Under the pieces are notes generated by a model. It did not search any database and had not been told where the DNA came from. It saw nothing but the letters and a program-made list of their open reading frames with translations. The position numbers and the translations under genes were made by a program. A DNA stretch of 64,000 nucleotides from the human T2T-CHM13v2.0 reference genome, Homo sapiens, in the NCBI RefSeq assembly GCF_009914755.1, contig NC_060925.1. One strand, 5' to 3'. Below, piece by piece: positions 42,851 through 57,015 of this stretch. The number at the start of each line of letters is the position of its first letter. The first letter of the stretch is position 1.

Positions 42851-44379
42851 TTTCATCTCCCCAAATCTCTTTCTTTTTGCCTTCAATGTTGCCAAAAGTC
42901 ATGTTTGGCATCAGGTTTAAGATTATTAAAACTTCAAACTTTCTTTTTAAAATCAGGCGTTCTATAAATTAAAAACAAAATCTGATTGGGATTCATCTCC
43001 TTCTCTTCCAATAGAAACAGAGTAGAGGGCATGGAATTTGAGGGAAAAGGAGGAAGAATAAATGAACAGCATATGAGCAAAGGACCTGGGGAACCCCCAA
43101 GTGACTAACAATCAAAAATAGAATTTTCTGCATGTCAGATATTGAGTCATTCGCTGCATGGCCCAATTAACCTTTCTTCTGATTCCAGATTTTGAACTTG
43201 TGTCCTTGGAGAACAAAATGCTTACCCATTGCCTTGGCTGAGTCACTTCTGTGCAGTTTTAGATGAACCCTGCTTGCACATTATTCCATTGGAAACAAGC
43301 ATTTTCACAGTAGATTAAGGACTGGGACTAAAAGAAAAGAGAAAGCTAAGATGTCCATCTGAAAACTGTCAGTGTCGTCTCAATGGAAAGTTATGATGTT
43401 TTACTTCTCTGAAAAAGCTAAAGAAAGCAATCTGGCCAGTTATAAATTTAATTTATGAAAATAATACCACAGGCCTAAATCATCCAACACTATAGCTATT
43501 GATTCTTCTTTCTAGTTCCTTGGGGAACAGTTGCTGTATTTGAGAAGGTAGAACTACAATTGTCTTACTTTGTCATTTAAATGTCATATTAGCCAAACAC
43601 TGAGCACAGCTGAAGGGTTGCAAACTGACTAGGAAAGAATGGGATAGTATTTTTCATTTTTTTTTTAAATGTAATTGGTAGACAGATTTTCCTGTTGGTG
43701 AGGGCTGATTTTTTTTCCTCATTATTTCTCTCTCCTTTTATTTTCTCCACAATGTTGCATTTTCTTGGTTTTCTGTGAGGCATTAGGAAAGGATAAATCA
43801 TGACGTTCTGGGTCTATGGTCTTTTTTAATCTCTCAGATTATTTTCTTTAACAGAATTGTTGGAAAGTTGGCTGTTACCTGACAGAAAATAAAACAACCA
43901 ATTTTTCATCGCAAGTTAAATAAACATTGAAAAATCAGCATTCTACAAGGACCATTAGCTTATGTATCACTGTAAAATGTTTTATGACTCTTGGTATAAA
44001 GGATGCTCATATAAAAATAAATTGTGTCATAACAAACATTTCTCCCAGTCATGGTTTGTAATAGCCTTAATCTCAAATAAATCTAGGTTGAACATTGTAG
44101 TCTCCAGAAAAACTGACCTTCAGTTTCAAATAGTTGGGTTAAATCATTGTGATGATGACATAGTCTCAGATATAAGGAGATATGAACTTGTATCAGCTCC
44201 CCAGATAATCTTTTATTTAGAAGAGGAGAGATGTCTCAATGAACTGAAATTGCTCTTGAGTGAACCATTTTATTTATATATCTTCTTATTCTGACTACCA
44301 GTTCACACACAGTGCCACAGAGAATCCTGCACATAGCTCCCTAGGGTTCCTGAGAGAGCAATCCATGGAAATACATAGA

Positions 44380-44880
44380 TTAAAAACCATGAGCAATTGC
44401 CATTTTACATCTGTCAAATTAGAAAGCATTTTTAAAGTGCAATACTGCTGCTACAATGTTGGTGAAGTGACTGGACTCATATACTACTGGTAGCAATATA
44501 ATTGCTTTGGAAAGTATTTTGGCAATACATCAAGTGTTAATATACTTTGATACTACAATTACACTTCTGAGAATTTTGTGTAAGGAGTAATTTAGAAGAA
44601 TTCAGAAGGCTAAGATGTTCACTGCAGAATTTTTTATACTAGTGAACAGTTAGAAACAACTACGTGCTCAACAATGGAGACTCTTAGTCAATTTTAAAAG
44701 TCTGTAATGGGTTATTTGCATGAAGTCTAATTGGCAATGTTTAAAATTTTGTGATATAGAGCTCAGTAAAAAGTACTAATTATAAGCATATAAAATTATT
44801 GCATATAGATAAGAAGCAGACTTCGCTAAAATTGTTCAGATTTAGCTGTTAAATGATATTTTAGCTTTATAATTTTTGTA
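44380..44880 (+). mobile_element. L1ME-like 3' fragment
   Basis: aaaaccatgagcaattgccattttacatctgtcaaattag...actcatatactactgg...gatgttcactgcag; a further fragment lies at about 45350-45700. Confidence 0.6.
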
Positions 44881-47800
44881 TTAAACAATAAGATCTAAAA
44901 ACTACTTGACTGTGAAGATTAATATTAATGAAAAGATGTTTTTATTCGCACTTTCCTTAAGATGTTTTAGTTGTTCAAGTATGAATCTTTGAGACCTGAA
45001 AGTGTCAAGGATTTGGAGAATTGGCATTTATATGATCTAATTTACAAAAAAAGAAAAGAAACCAAATAAATGAACAAAAGAGAGAGACATTCTTCCAGAA
45101 TAATGAAACCTCCCATTCTTGTTCTTTTGGGGATTTTTAATGTTGGCACTTGGAGTAAGAAGATCTCATCAGATAATTTAGAGAGAAGTCATTCCTTTAA
45201 CATGATGAAGCAGTGTAGCTTGTGGCCATGAACCGTGAAATGTCCTGATATGAGTGGCGTAAATAGGCTTTTTGGAAGGGGCTCTATCCCAAAGAGCCAT
45301 AGGACAGAAGAAAATGTGAATATAGGTGATCCATCCCTGCTATGCTTGAATCAGATCTATAAACATTGCATAGGGAAAAAAGAAAACTTTTGGAAATAAC
45401 CTAAATGCCCAACAACTGGGGATTGGTTAAATAAAGCATGGTATAGTCAGATGATGAATTATTAAGTAGGCATTGAGAGTAAAGTAGAAAAATATTAATA
45501 TTAATATTAATCTGATTAAGTGTCTGCAGTAAAGTTATGTGAAAAAGGGAGATAAAAATTATGTATACAATATTAAAAAGTTGTAAACTTATCAATAGTG
45601 GTTATCTGGATGTTGGAATAATAGACAATTAATTCTCTATTCCTGTCCATATTCTTCAATTTTTTTTCTCCTATACTGTGCATTACTAAAATAATTAGGA
45701 GAAATTTTTTGCAATTATTTTTTCTTAAACTGTATGGGTACCCAAATACATAATGAATGAGCTATTGCCTGAAATAATTTTAAAAAGTGGCAGCATATAA
45801 ATTGCAATAAAATGAAATACAATTTTCACTGTATAAATGGAATGAAAGTCTAAAGCAGTACTCAGGTAAGGACATTTCGTTTTAATGTAACGCCAGTGAG
45901 GAGCTTGCATTTAAGTGCCAAATATTGGTATTTATGTATATGAAAGCTCTTCTTTACTCTCTTATATTTTCTTTTTTTCTAAAATTTTTTTTTTGCTAAA
46001 ATTAGGGTGTCATATATACCAGAATCAATCAATTCTTCCTTCTCTCCTTCTTTTCTTTCTTTCTTCCATCCCCCTACCTTTCAATTCTGCAAAGATAGGC
46101 AAGTGAGTGAGGGTGGGTCTAGCTTAGTGTTTGCCCATATGTAAAATGTTTTGAGTTCATAAAATCCTGAAAAAATTAAAGCAGCAGACAGAAAACAGAA
46201 AAGACCCCCACTTAGATACTGATTAGCAAATAGACACAAACATTTCCTCTAAATACTTCAGTGCCTGTGATTTAAGTAGCTACTTGGGACACATTGAAGA
46301 GTCTGTTGTTAGCTTTCTGCATTCACATGATAAGAAACAAAGAATTCTTTAGGCTTGACCTTTGCAAATAGAAAATCCTGAAAACGAGAATGCTGTAATT
46401 TTTCTTTGTGAAGCTCAAACATATATTGAAAGAGATTGGCCTCGAATCTGTCACCTTCTCATCACTAAATATGGCAGCCCTGAAGTTAATTAAATAATGC
46501 AAATGCTCAAGGCGGCCTTCACTCACTCCTTTCGATGCACTGATAAATGGAGGATTTTAGTTAGGGGTTTGTTCTTGTTCTTACTCATTTTTTTACCAAA
46601 AGATTTTGTCTTTGCTTGTAATACTTGAGGATCTACACTCCCATTATCTCAATTGAGGCTAAGGGACTAAGGGATTCCCTGTCCAGTGTGTGATGGGCCA
46701 GTGTAATCATTATAAGTGATTTCAAATCAATATAATTTGGCAATAGCAAAAACTATGAGAATTTCTCCTCAACTTTTTATTGGTTTTAGGTAAATACTTA
46801 TGAAGTAGAGGAAAGAAGGTAGGACATGTGAATGGAAGGAAGGAGGGAAAGAGAAAAATACTCTGAAGTCATGCAGGAAAAAATAATTTCTTTCCTTGGC
46901 CACTGAACCTGTTGATGTGGACTCATTTGTTTTTTCTCCCTTGGTGGTTTAAAAGAGAAAGCCTCACCAAAGGGTAATCAATTGATTATTATAATATTAT
47001 TAGCTGGATTAAAATAATGTTATTTGTGCAGAAAACAATTCTTGCATATGTTTGTTTTAAATTCCTCTGATTATGTGTTGTAATGGCTTAGCCTAGGAGT
47101 TAGCCAAAAATGATGTTTTTCTAACACAAGACTGTTGTTGAAAGACTTCTTTTTCCCTAATTATTTATTGTGATCCTAACACAACACACACCCTCCTGTT
47201 TCCTCCTTCATGCCATCATCATTTACATTTTTGTTACCTCCTTGTGGATTTGAGGGACGATATCTAATAGTACAGAACATAGCATTGCTCCAGGACCTAG
47301 CACAATGTCTTGCCTAGTGTAGGTGTTTAGTAAATATTGAATGAATTAAATTCAGAACCCTGAGGGAGAAAAGTCACAAATTTATCAAGTAATTCACAAA
47401 GAGACATATCCCTGACAGCTAATCCAGTTAAAAGTATTAAGGTAAGCTGAAACCAGAATATGTTTCAAATCATTTCTCTTCTTATAAGAGTTTTGTTACT
47501 GGCTGGAACAGTTGTTTCTTGGTATGCTGATCGAATGTGACTTGAGCCAGAAAGATTCACAATGAATAACACCAGGAGGCTTATGAATGATGTATAAAGC
47601 CAACCAGTCTAATGACAGGTAAGGCAGAGGTGAGCAGTTACTTTATTTCAGAGCAGCCAGAGTCTTGGCAATGTAATGCAACCACGGGAATAGTGAGTGG
47701 TTGTGACCAGTTTGTAGTAAACTTCTAGAATGAAACAAGCTTTAAATGTTCTGATGGATATTTGATCTTTTGTATTAATGGAGCCATTGCTTCAGATGAG

Positions 47801-50479
47801 CACAAATGAAAATGGCCCCTCTTGCTCCTCTAGTATTTGCCCAGGGGTTACAAGGATCAGCTAAGTGCTATGGAGGGTATTAATCACTTTTTACTTGCAG
47901 TGAAACTATATTTGTTTTTTGGTAACTAGCAATTCTAATACAGTAAAACTTCAACTACTAAATAAATATCATTAGTATTATGACTTTAATTGAAGACCAA
48001 GGTGTCACCATCTTGAAGAAAATGGTGAAAGTTTACTTTCTGTTCCCTATTGATACACCAGGGCCAACACTGATGACCTGTTAACAATAATGATATAATT
48101 TTTTTTTAATTTTTCCTGAATTTTCTTTCTAAAATCTAGGTTCGGCAACAGAATAATCAAAGGATTTATTGCTTTGCCATTCTGTGCCTAGCACTGTGAA
48201 TCTCTGTAACTGACTTGATAGAAACATAGATCATAATATTTTTGGGTGGAAATGAATCACAGCTTATGGTTGCAAAAGATTCCACATGAAGCTAATGGAT
48301 TGTAGACATCTGGGAATGGGAAATGATATGGTAGACTGGCTAGCTGAAGACTGGGATCTACTCCCACTGCATGTGTTTCTGTATATAAAACCAATTGCTC
48401 ATGCTTCTGTTTATTCATTAAATGAAACTCTTATTTTATCAGGTGGGTTCCTTTTCAGTGGCAAGTTAAAATAAATTAGAAGAACTAGAAAGTGATGTCA
48501 CAAACATGAAATACATTTTCTCCTGTGTTGTCTCCCTGTTGAAAAAACCTTTTCAAACAGATTTTTCCCTCATGGTTCCCCAAATCCAATAGGGGGGAAA
48601 AATCCAGGGTTTCTTTTCCCCTGGAGTTTGGATAAAAACTCAAGGCTTGATCTCTTTAGTCCAAATGAGGTCACCTGTCCATTCCAAGAGGCCATCACTG
48701 AGGCCAAGAGAATACCTGGGTCACAGTTCTCTACTGGAAGTGGGATTAGCTCCACATAAACTGGGTTGAGCACAGGGCGGGAATTCTTATGCTGAGGTGA
48801 TTTTACCAGAAGTAGAAATTGGATGTTGTAGGCACATGACAGATATTCACTGTGCTTACTGGTAGCCAGGTCCTTTACAGATTGTTGATACAAAGACAAA
48901 CATGACTTGATCTCTTTCCCTCTCTGAATCTCACCACCTGATCTTTGTTAATAATACCCTGTGGTCAATTTTTCTTACGTCATATTTCTAATCCTGTCCT
49001 ACCCTTCTTCAAAAATGTTTCTGGTTCTTTATCATCTATTGATTAAAATATTAACTCCTTGGTTAACTTTCTTCAATCTACCTCTCAATCCTGGCAAAAG
49101 TGACTGATTACATATCCTTGGATTTTCCTGCCTCTGTGAGTGTCCTGGAATGTCTTCCTCCATGCTAATCACTGACCATCTGAATACCGTTAAGGTGTAG
49201 TTCAGATACTGTCTTCATAAAACACCCACTGATTTCCTTCATCTACTGTCTATAGCACTTAACATGAACCTATCTTAAAGCACTTACTGTTTGTTTAACA
49301 AGTAGTGCCAAATGCTTACTATGTTCTTATTGTTTTTCTGAGTGCTTAAAAATATGTTTTTCTACTTTGTATCAGTGTTCTTGGTGCTCTTGTCTTTTAT
49401 TCCCAGTAAGCGATAAGCTCAGTGAAGCCGGGATTCTTAAAGGCAATGAGTTACCTACCCATAGTGGGCAAACAACATATTTATACTGGATAAATACATG
49501 TTAATCCAATTTGCACATTTATTGAGCACTAGCACTTCAAACCTAAGAGAGTAGGGCCCTATTTTCTTTCAAATCTCTCTCTGCACATAGTATGGTGACA
49601 TATATGTGTTAGGCATTCAATAAACATTTGCTAGGCCTCTAAATGTGATGGAAATTTCAAATATCCAGATATCTAAGAATGAGCCATTTCCTTTTGTTTT
49701 ACATTCTTCAGTCTTTAGGCATCATTTTTGAAACCTCTTGTCATTTTGCTCTTCCTAACAGTTTTTACAAGAATGTCTAAGTTCTACTTTCTAAGTTGAG
49801 CAGGATTTGGGTCCCCTTTTTTTTTTTTAACAACAGGGACATTTTCAGCAATTGCAAATGCCTATGCTATTGAGCCATTGCTAAAATACTGGGTTTTATA
49901 AAGTGCTTCTAAGGGCCAAAGAGCTTTGCTGGCCCATGGTCTGTGCAGGTGTTCATGAGTTAAAGCATTCAATGGCCCTAGCAAACATGACATTTAAGGA
50001 GGTAAGCATTGATTTGTAGAGTCACTTTCAAGTACAATAGAACATCTTGCCTTCATTTGTGAGTTTGTTGTTTGAAATGGCCGACATTTTAGGTGTTTCC
50101 ATGTAGAAATTTTGTCTAAAATATGTAAAGCATAAATGGGTAAAAGAAAAGATTCATTTACTTGATCTCATCCATGCTGGACAAGGACAAGGCTTCCATG
50201 TTGTCTTTCTATTCTGAACAAGAGATTGGAAGCCTTTCTCTCTCTTTTTTCTTTTCTGTTCTTTTCTTTTCAGTTTTCCTCTTTTGTCGTTTCTCTTCAT
50301 GAATAACTTTTCAACCAAGTTAGATGAATGCCAATAGCTGTCAATTGCCACTGACAACTAGAATGGCCTTGGTGATCTGTGTGAGAACAATTTTAGGGAA
50401 GTGGTGAAGGCAGAAGCCAGATGACAGTGGATGAACAGTTGACTCAGTAGTCTGGTGAGTGAGATGTGAGCTCCGGAAA

Positions 50480-50702
50480 GGGACCACCCAAGCTAAAACC
50501 CAGACTCTGCTACTCACTAGCTGCTGACAATAGGCATGTTACCAAAGCGCTCACTCTCCCTGCCTCAATCTTTTCCTCTATAAAATGGGAATAAAAATAG
50601 AACTATCTCAAGGTTGTTATGAGTAGTAAATGAGTTCACGTGGATAAGATGCTTAGAACAATGCCAGTTTCATTATAAGTACTCGGTAAAAATTAGCTGT
50701 TG
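50480..50702 (+). mobile_element. MIR
   Basis: cccagactctgctactcactagctgctgac...ctataaaatgggaataaaaatagaactatctcaaggttgttatgag...gcttagaacaatgcc. Confidence 0.8.
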
Positions 50703-51662
50703 TTTTTGGTGCACGTGCGAAGACAGCAAGTTGAGACTACTTTTGAAGCTTAATTATGAAAATTGGAGAGAAAAACGAGGCCAGAGGTAGATACAGGCCA
50801 GGAATTAGGTGAAAGGTGATTATTTTATATTCTGGGGGAAAAGAAGTGGCTCTCGGAGAGTGACAGATTACAAATGGGGAAAGAAGGATTAATTGATGGA
50901 GTAATAGTGCTGAAAGGCGAGTGAGGATGGAATTCAGAGAAGAGGTGAATAGATGGATGGATAAATCTTGGATAGAAGGGGCTTCTTGTTCTCTAAGGCT
51001 GAGGCTAAAGTGGAGGTAATAAGGAGGAAAGGCTAAGAATGCATGTCTTTGTGGGTGGGGAGTAGAGAGTTGAAAGGATTGAACCCTAACAGCTTACTGT
51101 CTCTGTGAAATAGAAACAAGCTCATCTGATGGGAGACAAGAGGTTTCAGAGTGAGGAATAGAGTAGAACTCATAAATGAAGGAGAAGTCACACAGCAGTA
51201 ACTCCTAGAGACCCGATGACACTAGCCAGAATGTATAGTCTAACCAAAGGATTGAGAAGTCAGGTATGATAAGAAATTGTGCTCACACAGTGAGACACTG
51301 GCATTTGCTTCCACAGGTGGGACATTTCTAGGTGGTGACAAATCTGAGATGAACCATTTGAAAATTTTTGTGGTCTGCAGTGTACAGCTTGAACTTAAAA
51401 AATATTTTTACCACAAATAAATGATTGATTATATTCATACCTTTCTTGAGTTATTAAATTATCTTCTGTTTCCTATACATTTGCAGTGCTATTGGGATGG
51501 TAGACTTTCAGAGTTGAATTATATCCTGCCTCTATTCCACCTAATGCATCCTTGAGAATAGTTATAGATGGGAAAGTCACATTTTATTGTGCTTATCATG
51601 TTATTCTTTAGTAGACATTCCATTAATGTAGAAACATACATGGTGTGATACGGATTTTATCT

Positions 51663-52195
51663 TGTGATGATCAGATGAAAAGCCCTCCTTTCCTGCATAC
51701 TCTTTTGCAATGTTATTTCATCACTCTTCCCATCAAGAGGTGGAGTCTACATTTCCTCCTATTGAATCTGAGCCAGGCTTGGAATTAGTTTAACCAGGAT
51801 AAGGCAAAAGTAGCACAGTGTGACTTCTGTGCCTAAACCTTAAGATACATTGCACTTTTCATTTTTGCCATGTTAGAATCCTGAGCTAACAAGAAAAAAA
51901 AAAGCTTTAATTTCCCTGGCCTGCCAGAGAGAAAGGCCAAGTAGACAGAGACCCAGGGGATGAAAAACCATAGAAAGAGATAGGGTGAGACAGTGAGACA
52001 GCATCAACGAGTTCAATCACCCCAACAGAGACATTGGACATGTTAGTAGGACCAGCTTGCCTCAGTCAACACATGTGGCACAGAGACAAACCATTGCCAT
52101 AGAGCCTCCCCACAATGCAGAATTGTGAGCAAAAACATGGGGACTGTCACTTTAAGCAGAATAGTTTTGAGAGCTTTATTATGCTGCAATAGGGC
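51663..52195 (+). mobile_element. MLT1 (H/G-like) MaLR LTR
   Basis: ctcttcccatcaagaggtggagtcta...gcagaattgtgagcaaaa...tttaagc...tatgctgcaatag. Confidence 0.75.
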
Positions 52196-53174
52196 ATGAA
52201 AAGAAAGAGCCTCAAAGCAGAGAGACAAATTACAAGACCACTGGCATAATCCAGATGTCAGGCAATGAGCTGGAAAGTATAGAGAGAAAGGTAGAGGAAA
52301 ATGTGGGAGAGCAGTAGGTGGCAAGGTTCAGCGGGACCTCATGATTGGATCTGGGACAAAGGAGAAAGAGAAATAAAGATTACTATGACACTCTGTTTCT
52401 AGGAAAATAAGATTGTGAACAGCAATATGGTCTAGATAAAGAACTGGATTTTGGGGGAAGATAAGTCCAATTGGCAGTTGTTATTTCTTGATGTGATACC
52501 ACAACTTCTATGTAAAACACTCCTAAGCAGCTGGAGATACAGACCAGAAGCAAAGGATGGAGTCAGGTGATTAGAATAGCTATTAACTGTTTTTGTTTCA
52601 AACAAAAAGATGCAGTCAGCTCTACTTCCCTGTTGTTCCAGCCTAAAGGGTGTTTTCTAATTTCCTTCTAACTCCTATATTGAGTAGGAAAGGTAGAGAT
52701 GTCAAGAGAAGGCGGAAGAGAGAAAGAGAGGAGAGGGAGAGGACTCTTGTGAAGAGAAAAAGCCAACTCGCATCCTGTGGGATTGCACCTTATTTTAGTT
52801 GCACCTCTTGGAAGCTTCACTGCTTATGTAAAAATAAGAAAAGCAACATACACGCTCAACTAAAATTATCGTCATTCAAGAGTCCTCCCTTTAAATAGCA
52901 CCAAATGAAAATAAGAAACCCTAACCTCAGCTTTTTAAATCACAATGGAAGGATAAGAGATGCTTTCCATTTATGGGATCTTAGAACCTTCAAAATGGTG
53001 CTACTTTTGTTCCGTGTGTGCATAGGGAGGAAGCTGGGAATGCTGAGGTGGCGAGGTTTCACCTGGCAGTCAGGATTGCTACTTCCCACTCACCAAGTTG
53101 TGCAATATTTGCAAGAAGAGCAAAAAATAAAAGATAGTGTCTCTTTAAAAGGGAGACAGTGTAGTTTAAAGAGG

Positions 53175-53412
53175 CTACAGTGTAGTGTAGCGGCTTATGC
53201 TCTGTGGTCAGCAAGAACTGAGTTTAGGTCCTTGTCCCATCACTTACTAACTGTGAGACCCTGGATACAATATCAACTCCTAAAAACCTCAGTCACTTCA
53301 GCTGTAAAATAGGGAGAATGCTGTATACTGGGGTTGTTTTGAAGAGTAAAGCAGAATATGTATGAAAAGCACTTAGTCTGGTAAGGGCACAAGTTACTAA
53401 GTGGTAACTATA
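53175..53412 (+). mobile_element. MIR
   Basis: cagtgtagtgtagcggcttatg...cacttactaactgtgagaccctgg...cctcagtcacttcagctgtaaaataggg. Confidence 0.75.
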
Positions 53413-53640
53413 GTCATTGGAATTAGTAATTTGGGACTTTCACATATTTGGCTTATCATTGAGACTATTTTCCAGGAATGTTTACAATAAGAAACTTGGG
53501 CCAACTGCATTTTAGTCAAGGATTAAAATGTAACAAATGTGTAATATTATATTATGTAACAGCAGATGATTTTAAAATTTACAAGTGTCATTAAGATTTC
53601 TCTCCTAGGGTACAAATGTTGTTGTTTCACAGAATTTTTA

Positions 53641-54066
53641 AAAATTATTTTATTTATTTTTTATTCTACTTTTATCTCTGGGATACATGTGCAGAACTTG
53701 CAGACCTGCCACATAGGCATACACGTGGCATGGTGGTTTGCTGCACCCATCAACCCATCATCTACATTAGGTATTTCTCCTAATGCTGTCCCTCCCTTAG
53801 CCCCCAGCCCCCGACAGGCCCCGCTGTGTGATGTTCCCCTCACTGTGTCCTTCTGTTCTCATTGTTCAACTCCCACTTATAGGTGAGAACATGCGGTGTT
53901 TGGTTTTCTGTTCTTGTGTTAGTTTGCTGAGAATGACGATTTCCAGCTTCATCCATGTCCCTGCAAAGGAAATGAACTCATCCTTTTTTATGGCTGCATA
54001 GTATTTCATGGTGTATATGTGCCACATTTTCCTTATCCAGTCTATCATTGATGGGCATTTGGGTCG
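53641..54066 (-). mobile_element. L1PA7-like 3' end, 5'-truncated
   Basis: tctgggatacatgtgcagaac...ggtggtttgctgcacccatcaacccatcatctacattagg; ORF2 C-terminal peptide 53866-54048; TSD gaattttta at 53632-53640 and 54067-54075. Confidence 0.9.
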
Positions 54067-54166
54067 GAATTTTTATAAAACTTCAAGCAAACCGAAACTG
54101 ACATACTGGCTACTTATTTTTTTTCTTCATAATTCTGGATGTCAGAAAATGAACAATGTTCTAATG

Positions 54167-54355
54167 CAGAAGGCAAACTTTCTATGAAGGACCAGACAGT
54201 AAATATTTTAGCTTTGCAGGCCACATACGATCTCTATCACATACTTCTTTGTTATTTCTTACAACCCTTTTAAATGTGTAAAAACTATTCCTAGCTCATA
54301 CAAAAACAGGCTATTGGTGGGATTTGCCTCATAGACTGTAGTTTGCTGACCCCTG
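54167..54355 (+). mobile_element. MER58-family hAT-Charlie MITE
   Basis: ggcaaactttctatgaaggaccagacagtaaatattttagctttgcaggcca...tgtagtttgctgacccctg. Confidence 0.82.
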
Positions 54356-56708
54356 CTCTAGTATAAATTTGTCTTGTTTATTACTAGAGTGCTTATGCCA
54401 GTAAGTATTTTTTAAAAGAGAGAGAAAATGCATTAAGTAAATAACATTTAAGTGATTCTTTTTCTGATTCAGACATTTTCTGGGATGAAATGAGACCATT
54501 GATCATTTTATTTGATGGAATAGAACTGTTTTTCATTGCAGTGCAATGAGGTTAGGTATGATTTTGAGGACTGGGGACCATTCAGCACATTAGTTCTGAA
54601 CCATATCCTTGTGCTTTGCAGAATTTTTTTCTCTTCCTCAGAGGAGCAGTTTGAATACAGGGCTTTATGGCATCAGGCATAAGCTGCCATTAAAACCTTC
54701 AACTGAAAATTGTGCTGCCCTTTATGAAAATGAGCAGCTGGTCAGCCGGACCATCGCCCACCCTCAGCTCTACTCATGTTGTGTACAAGTAGCTTGAATA
54801 GCCCTTCATGAGCAGGGCTTCTACAGACATTTTCCTATCAGTGTTGGGAGGGAAAGCCAGACCAGCAGCTAGTGTTTCTTTCAGCCTGTGTTGTGCCTTG
54901 GCATCTGACTCTCTGTGGACCCAGGAGTGAAATATCTTCCTGGAAGTGGTGATCCAGGTTAGTCTTGTCTCTCTGACTCATGTCCCAAGTTGCTTCCATA
55001 GAGATACCTGTGGCATCTTTTCCCCCTTTACTCTGTTTTCCTGAATTTCCCTCTATTTTTCACTGACTACAAAGATAAAGAAAAAGAAGAAACAATTTTA
55101 AAACATATAAAGTACTTTGAAATATTTATCCTTGGATAACTGGAGACTAGATCACATTCTTATCTTTTCATCCAGCATTTTTTTTTTGGTGAATACCATA
55201 TTATGTGTTTAAAAAGACATATGGAGACCTGACTCACACTCTGAATCTTCCAATTTTCCATTGACCACATTCTTAATGCCCTGAGAACACAAGGTCAGGC
55301 AAAGGAGCCTCTCAGCTGAGGTCCTGGCCCCAGGCCCTAAACAGGTCTTCTGTGAGCCAGGCCACAGAGTTCCTTTTGGTTGGGGTCAGTCTTAGCAGAA
55401 TGTAGATCCTGGAGCAAATTTGGTCAAGCAGCTTCCTTTGCTCCCATCACCCTAAGCCTGCACTGGGGCCTGACTTCTGGCATCTCACCAATCCAGTCAT
55501 GAGGGATGGCTGGCTCAGAAAGAGCACCTTGTCAAGGAAGAAGCAGCTCAAGATCACGAAAGCCCAAGCACATTTGTCCCTGTGCCCAGAACAGAGCTAG
55601 ACTGGTCTGCCTCTCCCTGCATTCTTGGGGCTCTTCACTCTGTGTATTCTCAGGGCAAGGGTTGTACCAAGGGAGAGCACACTGTCCAGCCTCCTCTCAC
55701 CAATTCATTCAGTCATTTACCCACTCAATACAGATTTAGTGAGTATCTGTCATATGCCAGACACAGTTCTAAGTACTGAAGACACAGAAGTCTTTGCTCA
55801 TTTTACTCCATAACTTGCTCTGAAGAGGTGCCTCCAAGGATCTTACTCTTTCATGGGCTCTGTTCTCAATCACTTTTGCTCAGTATTGTGAAACCTATCG
55901 GCCTGTGATCAGAAAAAAAATGTCTTTAAACCAGTCTAATCCATGTCAAGGTCCTCTTTGGAAGGGGAGTAGCAAGGACTGGTGAGAAGGGAGCTGTGAG
56001 TGCTTCTTGAATGTAGGACCTGCTCCTTACTGGGGAGAATAGCTCACTCATTTCTACCTTCCTCCAGGTCTCATGAACATGCACAGTCCTGTGTGTTGCA
56101 TCTCCTAATCTCATCTGATTCTCTGCTGTTTGCCTGGTCTTGGACTAATTTCCCTTTAGCCCACATGATGATCTTTAAGTTAAGTCTCAGCCTATTTAGA
56201 CTCAGGCTGCCTCACTCACCTTGCAGTTGCCATCTTTATTATATTATGGCAGTCAAAGGTTATTTTGTTTGGACAGAGAAGTTACTCTACTGTATGGTGG
56301 ACTACCTGTCCTGAACGTTCGCAAACATATCCTTTTGTTTTCTGGAGTTCCTCCTGGTTTGTTTTCTGATGGATTTCTGTTGACTCCCAGATTGAACCAA
56401 TGTTTATCCTGTGTTTGGTGTATCAGGCTTTTCTGTTCTGGTTGATTTCCTGTAGCTAATTTCTAGGGAGACTTCAATTCCTCACTGAAGTCAAGTTCCT
56501 TGTCATAGAGGCCCAGTATTTCTAACTCCCATTCAGACAGAAAATTTGTTTTTATTACCCACAAGAGAAAATGATCTGGCTTTCCTGCTCTAAAGATACC
56601 CCTAGTACTACTATTTTTTCCAGTCTTGTGTTTTCAGATATTTTTCTTTAATTGACCTTCTCTATGGTCAGATTCGTGACTGTATTCCTTCCCCTAGTTT
56701 ATTAATTC

Positions 56709-57015
56709 TTTTTTTTTTTTTTTTTTTTTTTTTGAGATGAAGTCTCACTCTGTCTCCCAGGCTGGAGTGCAGTGGCTCGATCTTGGCTCACTGTAAGCTC
56801 TGCCTCCTGGGTTCATGCCATTCTCCTGCCTCAGCCTCCTGAGTAGCTGGGACCACAGGTGCCCGCCACCACGCCCGGCTAATTTTTTTGTATTTTTAGT
56901 AGAGACGGGGTTTCACTGTGTTAGCCAGGATGGTCTCGATCTCCTGACCTTGTGATCTGCCCACCTTGGCCTCCCAAAGTGCTGGGATTACAGGCGTAAC
57001 CCACCATGCTCTGCC
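56709..57015 (-). mobile_element. AluY
   Basis: gtaagctctgcctcctgggttcatgccattctcc; gtgttagccaggatggtctcgatc; flanking ttattaatt repeat. Confidence 0.93.

Noticed and set aside
52905-53312. 135-aa ORF
   Set aside because: The C-terminal part lies in a MIR; no recognisable domain or convincing splice context.
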